This document shows positions 31,929 to 32,000 of a stretch of 32,000 nt of DNA, piece by piece. This DNA comes from a bacterium. Lineage in GTDB: Bacteria; UBP7; UBA6624; JBBIMK01. Position numbers and translations under genes: made by a program. The notes beneath the pieces were generated by a model. That model saw only the letters and a list, made by a program, of their open reading frames with translations, searched no databases and had not been told where the DNA came from. The DNA is taken from the NCBI GenBank assembly GCA_037444445.1, contig JBBIMK010000004.1:1-32000 (forward strand). The letters are read 5' to 3'. Positions within the stretch are counted from its first letter, which is position 1. The number at the start of each line of letters is the position of its first letter.

Positions 31929-32000
31929 CTTTTACGACGCGAGGAACGGTGAAAAGGCCGCCCTTTTTTTCCGGGGCGTTGGCGAGGGCTTGCTGTTGCG
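31924..32000 (-). CDS. gatC: Asp/Glu-tRNA amidotransferase subunit C, 3' end only (runs off the window)
   Basis: The minus-strand frame reads QQQALANAPEKKGGLFTVPRVVKE*. This matches the conserved GatC C-terminus pattern (..L.NAP....g.F.VP.V..). Only 25 codons are visible. Confidence 0.55.
   Translation of the reverse strand, partial: QQQALANAPEKKGGLFTVPRVVKE

Overview
The window looks like a chromosomal segment from an uncultivated aerobic bacterium. I cannot assign the lineage from sequence alone. I read four blocks.

(1) 1-3194: a REP-like palindrome cut by the window edge, then a secreted Cys-rich protein gene and a membrane-anchored hypothetical gene. About 900 bp of gene-poor DNA follows.

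(2) 3195-10977: etfBA on the minus strand, divergent from a complete A2-type caa3 cytochrome c oxidase operon. The operon order is unusual: SCO1, subunit I, III, IV, II-cytochrome c, then heme O synthase. A small convergent membrane-protein gene follows.

(3) 11074-28897: a stand-alone tRNA-Ile(GAU) and the dominant feature of the window. This is a minus-strand cluster that appears to start at a perfect TTGACA-N17-TATAAT promoter. It encodes two small retropepsin-like proteins (one DTG, one DTD) and then three giant exported proteins:
- 1775 aa: DUF2341-like and CARDB-like repeats.
- 1974 aa: Ig-like domains plus a parallel beta-helix carrying a six-fold Ca-loop module.
- 1687 aa: ten Fn3-like domains plus an FG-GAP/VCBS-like propeller.
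The three share an unusual [F/W]-T-x-C-N-G-G-G-G lipobox design and purine-rich leaders. The first giant gene ends in an anchor-like tail fused in frame to a complete second lipoprotein signal peptide.

(4) 29073-32000: pheS with no pheT beside it. It is followed by a REP-flanked RAYT-type (IS200-like Y1) transposase with a DnaA-C-like HTH, a secreted hypothetical gene, and the 3' end of gatC.

I found no CRISPR array, rRNA gene, or recognisable defence, toxin or secretion-machinery genes. I could not match the giant-protein cluster to a characterised system, so it is the best candidate for something new. Its function is inference only. All family calls rest on motif recognition by eye, not database searches.
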